A DNA stretch of 64,000 nucleotides, from contig OZ219748.1 of NCBI GenBank assembly GCA_964291335.2, positions 683,711-747,710 on the forward strand, written 5' to 3'. The position numbers were made by a program, and so were the translations under genes. This stretch comes from Dehalococcoidia bacterium. GTDB lineage: Bacteria > Chloroflexota > Dehalococcoidia > Lucifugimonadales > UBA3495. The notes beneath the pieces were generated by a model. The model had not been told where the DNA came from. It saw nothing but the letters and a program-made list of their open reading frames with translations, and made no database searches. Of this stretch, positions 59,364-64,000 are shown piece after piece (position 1 is the first letter of the stretch; each line of letters opens with the position of its first letter).

Positions 59364-61163
59364 CTAGCGCTGCCGCCGTTCTTGTCGGTGGGCTTGCACC
59401 ATATCGCCGACTTGAAAGTCGTTGAAGTTGGTTAGCAAGATGCCGCAGTCCATGCCATTGGTAACCTCATTGACCTCGTCCCGGAAGTGGCGCAAGCTGG
59501 CAATGTCAGTTTCGAATACCGACTTCCCTTCCCGCAGCACCCGTACGGCTGCCCCCCGGGGTATGCGGCCATCCATAACACGGCAACCGGCAATCTTAAC
59601 GCCGCGACGGGACGGGAATATCTCGCGGATTTCAGCCTGCCCCAGGATAACGTCGTTAAATGTGGGTTCCAGCATACCGTGAAGGGCCTGCTCCACATCC
59701 TCAATCATCTGGTAAATAATGTCGTAGTGGCGTATTTCCACGCCCGCCCTTTCGGCTATCCGATCCACGCCGATTTCATTGCCCACGGAAAAACCAATAA
59801 TAATGGCGTCCGAGGCGCTGGCCAGCAGGACATCGGATTCAGTAATGTTGCCGCTGCCGGCGTGGAGAATACGCACCCGCGCTTCGGCCTCGGCTAAATG
59901 CTCCAGGGATTGCCGTAATGCCTCCACGCTGCCCTGCACATCGGCTTTAAGGACCAGGTTCAACTCCTTAATGTCGCCGGCGTCGATTTGCTTGACCACT
60001 TCCTCGAGGGTCAAAGCCCGTGCTTGAGACTGTTGGGAAGATTTGGCCCGTACCCGTTCCTGAACGGCGGCACGGGCGGTTCGTTCACTGGGAAATACCG
60101 CCATTAAATCGCCGGCCTCGGGCAGGGCGCTGAACCCCAGCACCTCGGCGGGCTCGGCGGGCGCCGCTTTCTCGATTGGGAGGCCGCGGTCATTGGACAG
60201 GGCTTTCACCCGCCCCCAGGCAGTGCCAGCAACCACATGATCGCCCACCGTTAAGGTGCCGCGCTGCACCAGAACCGTTGCCGTAGGGCCCCGCTTGCGA
60301 TCCAGCTTGGCCTCAATCACTACCCCGCTGGCAGGCCGTTCCGGGTTGGCTTTCAGTTCGGCCAGCTCGGACACCACCAGCAAATTCTCCAGCAGGTCGT
60401 CAATGCCCTCGCCAGTACGAGCGGAAACCGGCACAGAAACCACGTCTCCGCCCCAGTCTTCCACCAGCAGGTTATGCTGGCTGAGCTGCCGCTTGACCCG
60501 TTCCGGGTCGGCGCCGGGCAAATCCATCTTGTTAATGGCAATGACGATTGGCACATCTGCTGCCTTGGCGTGGTCGATAGCTTCCTCGGTTTGGGGCATA
60601 ATGCCGTCGTCGGCGGCCACTACCAGCACGGCGATGTCCGTTACTCGCGCCCCGCGGGAGCGAATGGAAGTAAAGGCTTCATGGCCCGGCGTATCCAGAA
60701 AGGTAATCCGCTGGCCATTGTATTCTACCTGGTAGGCGCCGATATGCTGCGTAATGCCGCCGATTTCCCGGTCGGCTACGTGGGCATTGCGAATTGTGTC
60801 CAGCAGGCTGGTCTTGCCATGATCAACGTGCCCCAGGATTGTAACCACCGGCGGCCTTCCTGCCAGGACGGATTCATCCTCGGCGGTGGCGCTGCCGGCT
60901 GCGCTGGACAGGGAGCCGGTTTCGGCTACCGGCTCTGCCACACGGGTACGGATGCCATATGCGGCAGTTACCAGGGAAGCTACTTCGTGGTCGATGACCT
61001 GGTTCATGGATACCATGATGCCGTTACGCATCAGCTGCTTGATGACGTCCACCGGGCTCTGGCCCACCAGGTCAGAAAGTTCCTTGACGGTCAGAGTCTG
61101 TGGCAGCACCAAGGTTCGCGATGGGCCGCGCCGCAGGCTCCGGGTTTGTGATTCAGTCGTCAT
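59364..61163 (-). CDS. infB: Translation initiation factor IF-2
   Basis: G-domain motifs [20 protein letters not shown] and NKMD, with the C-terminal domain conserved. The start is taken at MTTESQ (61163), just after the ylxR stop; the tracked ORF extends to 61304. Confidence 0.93.
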   Translation of the reverse strand: MTTESQTRSLRRGPSRTLVLPQTLTVKELSDLVGQSPVDVIKQLMRNGIMVSMNQVIDHEVASLVTAAYGIRTRVAEPVAETGSLSSAAGSATAEDESVLAGRPPVVTILGHVDHGKTSLLDTIRNAHVADREIGGITQHIGAYQVEYNGQRITFLDTPGHEAFTSIRSRGARVTDIAVLVVAADDGIMPQTEEAIDHAKAADVPIVIAINKMDLPGADPERVKRQLSQHNLLVEDWGGDVVSVPVSARTGEGIDDLLENLLVVSELAELKANPERPASGVVIEAKLDRKRGPTATVLVQRGTLTVGDHVVAGTAWGRVKALSNDRGLPIEKAAPAEPAEVLGFSALPEAGDLMAVFPSERTARAAVQERVRAKSSQQSQARALTLEEVVKQIDAGDIKELNLVLKADVQGSVEALRQSLEHLAEAEARVRILHAGSGNITESDVLLASASDAIIIGFSVGNEIGVDRIAERAGVEIRHYDIIYQMIEDVEQALHGMLEPTFNDVILGQAEIREIFPSRRGVKIAGCRVMDGRIPRGAAVRVLREGKSVFETDIASLRHFRDEVNEVTNGMDCGILLTNFNDFQVGDMVQAHRQERRQR

Positions 61164-61164
61164 T

Positions 61165-61461
61165 CTATCCCTCCAACGACGCTCGGCCGGCCATCCGCTC
61201 TCGGAAGAAAGCCAGTAGTGCCTCCCGTTCCTCCGGGGGCATGGCAACTTTAAGGCTGCGTTCCAGGCCGCCTTTGCGGACACCCTTTTCCCAGCATTCA
61301 GCATTGGCGCACAGGTAGGCGCCCCGGCCTGAGGATTTACCGGTGGCGTCTGGTTGCACTGCGCCCTGGGGAGTACGGACTATGCGAGTCAACTCGCGCT
61401 TGGCCTTCCTCTGCCCACAGGCCACACAGCGGCGTTCCGGTATATGCCGAACCCTGACCAA
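61165..61461 (-). CDS. ylxR: YlxR/RnpM family RNA-binding protein (DUF448)
   Basis: RRCVACGQRKAKRELTRIV...GRGAYLC motif. It sits at the position between nusA and infB typical of this operon. TTG start. Confidence 0.85.
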   Translation of the reverse strand: MVRVRHIPERRCVACGQRKAKRELTRIVRTPQGAVQPDATGKSSGRGAYLCANAECWEKGVRKGGLERSLKVAMPPEEREALLAFFRERMAGRASLEG

Positions 61462-61511
61462 CGCTTCCTCTCTCGATGACTGCGAGTGCCGGTTGAGTTG
61501 CCTTGCTCGGC

Positions 61512-63140
61512 CTAGCGTCCGCCCCGGCGGGGCCCGCGTCCGCCGCCGGCATTCCGGCGCGCCCGGCGGCCGCCGCGTCCCCCGCCCCTGGTTTCATTCA
61601 CCAAATCCTCGGCAAACCTGATTTTGCCGGCATCGGGAGTCAAAACGGGAACCTGAGGCAATTCAGGGAAGAAATCTTCCTCTTCCTCCTCCGCCGCTTC
61701 ATCCATAACATCGGTAAGAGTGAAGGAGGCCAGTTCCTCCACACTGATGCTGGCTGCTTCCGCATCGGAATCCCGGGAATTCGCTTCCTCTTCACGAATC
61801 AGGGCCTCCAGCAAGGAATCCTCGTCCAGTTCGGCGACCGGAGCCTCAAGGTTCGGCTCGGCGACCGTCTCGACCGTCTCCTCGGCAACCCCGGCGGCCG
61901 GCTGGAAAACGGCCTCCGCGGCGGCTCCGGAGACATCAACCGTAGTATCAGCTTCTGCCGGGTCGGGCAGTTGAACTTCCGCGGCTTCGTCAGCAATGGC
62001 AGTTGCAGTAGATGCAGCAACCTGCGCCGCCTCGGCCAAGGCGGCCGAGCGCCGCCGCTCTTCCAGCTCCCGCTGGCGGGTTTCCTGAATTTCCTCCCAT
62101 TCAGAAACCCCCTTAATATCCAGACGCCAGCCGACCAACCGAGCTGCCAGCCGCGCGTTTTGCCCCTCCTTGCCGATGGCCAGGGAAAGCTGACGGTCCG
62201 GCACTACCACAATAGCTGTCTGATCCGCCGGGGCCAACTCCACATGGACCACCTCCGACGGGCTGATCGCCCTGGCAATAAACCCCTTGGGGTCTGGCTC
62301 CCAGGGCACTACATCAATCTTTTCCCCCTGAAGCTCGTTGACAATGCTCTGGATACGGTTGCCGCGCATACCGATGCAGGCGCCCACCGGGTCCACGCCT
62401 TCCTGGGTTGAACGCACCGCCACCTTGCTCCGGAAACCGGCGTCCCGGGATATAGCCTTGATTTCCACCGTGCCGTTATATACTTCGGGCACTTCAATCT
62501 CAAAGAGGCGTTTCAGCATCTCCCGGTCGCTGCGGGAAACCAGAATCTCCGGCCCCTTGGGGCCGCTCCGCACGTCCAGCACGAACACCTTGATTCGCTG
62601 GCCCTTCTTGTACCGCTCCATCGGCACCTGCTCATCAAAGGGCATAATGGCCTGGGCGCGCCCCATGTCGAGAAGCACCGACCGGTTGGGTTCCAGCTGC
62701 TCAATCACGCCGGAGATAATATCGTGCTTATGCTGGAGAAACTCCTGGTAAAGAAGCTCCCGCTCGGCTTCCCGCAAGCGCTGCAAGACCACCTGCTTGG
62801 CGGTCTGCGCTGCGATGCGGCTGGGGTTATAGGGTACTGGCGCGTCCGCAGCTATTTCATCGCCGAGGACGGCGTTCCGCTTGATATTCAAGGCTTCCTG
62901 CAAAGTCATTTCGCGGGCCGGGTCGGCCACGTCCTCAACCACTGTCCGCAGCGGGAAAATGCTGACATCGCCGGTATTCGGGTTAAGGGTAACGGTGATG
63001 TTCTGTCCGGTTGCCGGGTTGTCCTTCTTGAACGCCGATACCAGGGCCACCTCAATGGCATGGAGGGCCTGTTCCCTGGGCAGGTGGCGTTCTGCGGCCA
63101 ACTGAGTTAAAGCTATCAAAAAATCGCTTTTCACTGCCAA
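61512..63140 (-). CDS. nusA: Transcription termination/antitermination factor NusA with acidic and RGG-rich C-terminal extension
   Basis: N-terminal domain, S1 (GVIEQLEPNRSVLLDMG), KH1/KH2 (ACIGMRGNRIQSIVNEL, LAIGKEGQNARLAARL), then a D/E-rich segment and an RGGGRGGRRARR tail. TTG or GTG start. Confidence 0.93.
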   Translation of the reverse strand: MAVKSDFLIALTQLAAERHLPREQALHAIEVALVSAFKKDNPATGQNITVTLNPNTGDVSIFPLRTVVEDVADPAREMTLQEALNIKRNAVLGDEIAADAPVPYNPSRIAAQTAKQVVLQRLREAERELLYQEFLQHKHDIISGVIEQLEPNRSVLLDMGRAQAIMPFDEQVPMERYKKGQRIKVFVLDVRSGPKGPEILVSRSDREMLKRLFEIEVPEVYNGTVEIKAISRDAGFRSKVAVRSTQEGVDPVGACIGMRGNRIQSIVNELQGEKIDVVPWEPDPKGFIARAISPSEVVHVELAPADQTAIVVVPDRQLSLAIGKEGQNARLAARLVGWRLDIKGVSEWEEIQETRQRELEERRRSAALAEAAQVAASTATAIADEAAEVQLPDPAEADTTVDVSGAAAEAVFQPAAGVAEETVETVAEPNLEAPVAELDEDSLLEALIREEEANSRDSDAEAASISVEELASFTLTDVMDEAAEEEEEDFFPELPQVPVLTPDAGKIRFAEDLVNETRGGGRGGRRARRNAGGGRGPRRGGR

Positions 63141-63459
63141 GCTCCCTGGCTGAAGCTGATTCAGCTGCCAGCGTCCTTAAAGTTCCACTGATAAACCAAT
63201 TAGCAAGAAAGCGGGACTAACCCCGCTTGCGGCCCAACGGCACAGCTAAAGTATAGCATTCATCAGTATTGCTTTCAATCTCTGTCGGCGAAACTGCCGG
63301 CAGCTATTTCCCCGACTTTATTTCAGGAAGACCGGCTATTGTCCGGTTCCCCGGCTATATTGAACCTGCTTTGCGCCGGGGCGTTGTACCGGAAAGCGCC
63401 GGCGGGTGGCGGCGGGTATTGTTTAATGGATTTAGCGACGGTTGTTTACATAAACCTGA

Positions 63460-63488
63460 TTGACACCTCAACCCCGGAGTAGTAATCT
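63460..63488 (+). promoter_or_regulatory. Sigma70-like promoter for the dienelactone hydrolase gene
   Basis: TTGACA (63460-63465), 17-nt spacer, TAATCT (63483-63488). Confidence 0.4.
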
Positions 63489-63581
63489 GCCAATCAGAGC
63501 CGGGTCGCCGGCATGGGGTGGGAGGTGCGGCGCATACCTGGAACTCGAACTGAATTGGACTGAATTGGGAGGTAAAGGAAC

Positions 63582-64000
63582 ATGCCTTACGAAGGTTTAA
63601 TGGCTGAGACGGTTAATATCCGTGGCCATAATGGCGACCTGATTGACGCTTACCTGGCCAGGCCCCTGGGCGCCGGGCCCTTTCCGGGCGTGGTAATGAT
63701 TCACCATATGCCCGGATGGGATGAGGCTACCAAAGAGATGGCGCGCAAGCTGGCCCATAACGGCTTTGTCTGTATTTCCCCTAACCTGCATTTCCGGGAA
63801 GGACAGGGCGACCCGGCGGCTAATAGCGCCAGTGTCCGGGAGGCCGGTGGTATGCCTGACGAGCGAACCCTGGGCGACGTGGCCGGAGCCCGCGATTACC
63901 TGCGCACCCTGCCCTACCACAACGACAAGGTAGGCGTTATCGGGTTCTGCTCCGGCGGCCGTCAGACTTACCTGGTAGCCTGCCGACTGGACGGCATCGA
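63582..64000 (+). CDS. Dienelactone hydrolase family protein (5' part; runs off the window)
   Basis: Hand translation from the ATG at 63582 (RBS GGGAGG) gives MPYEGLMAETVNIRGHNGDLIDAYLARPLGAGPFPGVVMIHHMPGWDE...VGVIGFCSGGRQ, which contains the G-x-C/S-x-G nucleophile elbow. Confidence 0.75.
   Translation, partial: MPYEGLMAETVNIRGHNGDLIDAYLARPLGAGPFPGVVMIHHMPGWDEATKEMARKLAHNGFVCISPNLHFREGQGDPAANSASVREAGGMPDERTLGDVAGARDYLRTLPYHNDKVGVIGFCSGGRQTYLVACRLDGI

Overview
GC-rich bacterial chromosomal window. Gene content is reminiscent of Chloroflexota, but the taxon cannot be proven from sequence alone. All protein names come from motifs read by eye in the supplied translations; no BLAST or HMM search was run.

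Layout:
- Degraded IS1-family element (28-866).
- Housekeeping pepN, an ADP-ribosylglycohydrolase gene and metH (947-8358).
- An RHH/unknown gene pair (8550-9625).
- A defence island of about 46 kb, made up of:
  - a 13.9-kb CRISPR array (9701-23580) with 191 full 37-bp repeats plus a truncated trailer repeat, read on the minus strand from a leader next to cas2;
  - a complete type I-C operon, cas3-cas5-cas8c-cas7-cas4-cas1-cas2 (31583 down to 23733);
  - several small or unknown genes (32153-35337);
  - a restriction-like minus-strand operon at 43703-35395: PLD-SNF2 helicase, Eco57I/PglX-like N6A methyltransferase and two unknown genes;
  - a second such operon at 54386-43986: DUF499 ATPase, a small partner, two unknown embedded genes, DUF1156 methyltransferase and PLD-SNF2 helicase (helicase-methylase-ATPase, 'Hma'-type).
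- The island ends at a Uma2-family nuclease gene and a second IS1 remnant (55499-56063).
- Then lexA with a Cheo-type SOS box, small genes, the nusA-ylxR-infB-rbfA-truB operon and a partial dienelactone hydrolase gene.

Most interesting signals:
1. An orphan degenerate CRISPR repeat lies between cas3 and cas5. Its downstream sequence partially matches a TTC-flanked site in the same intergenic region, making it a candidate CreR/CreA-like Cascade autoregulatory RNA.
2. A 38-bp duplication flanks a 35-bp insert at the cas7-cas4 junction, with the same 73-bp period as the array. This looks like an ectopic spacer integration.
3. CRISPR repeats come in two forms that differ only by inversion of the hairpin tetraloop, arranged in blocks and singletons.
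4. Unknown gene cassettes are embedded in or appended to the two helicase-methylase operons.
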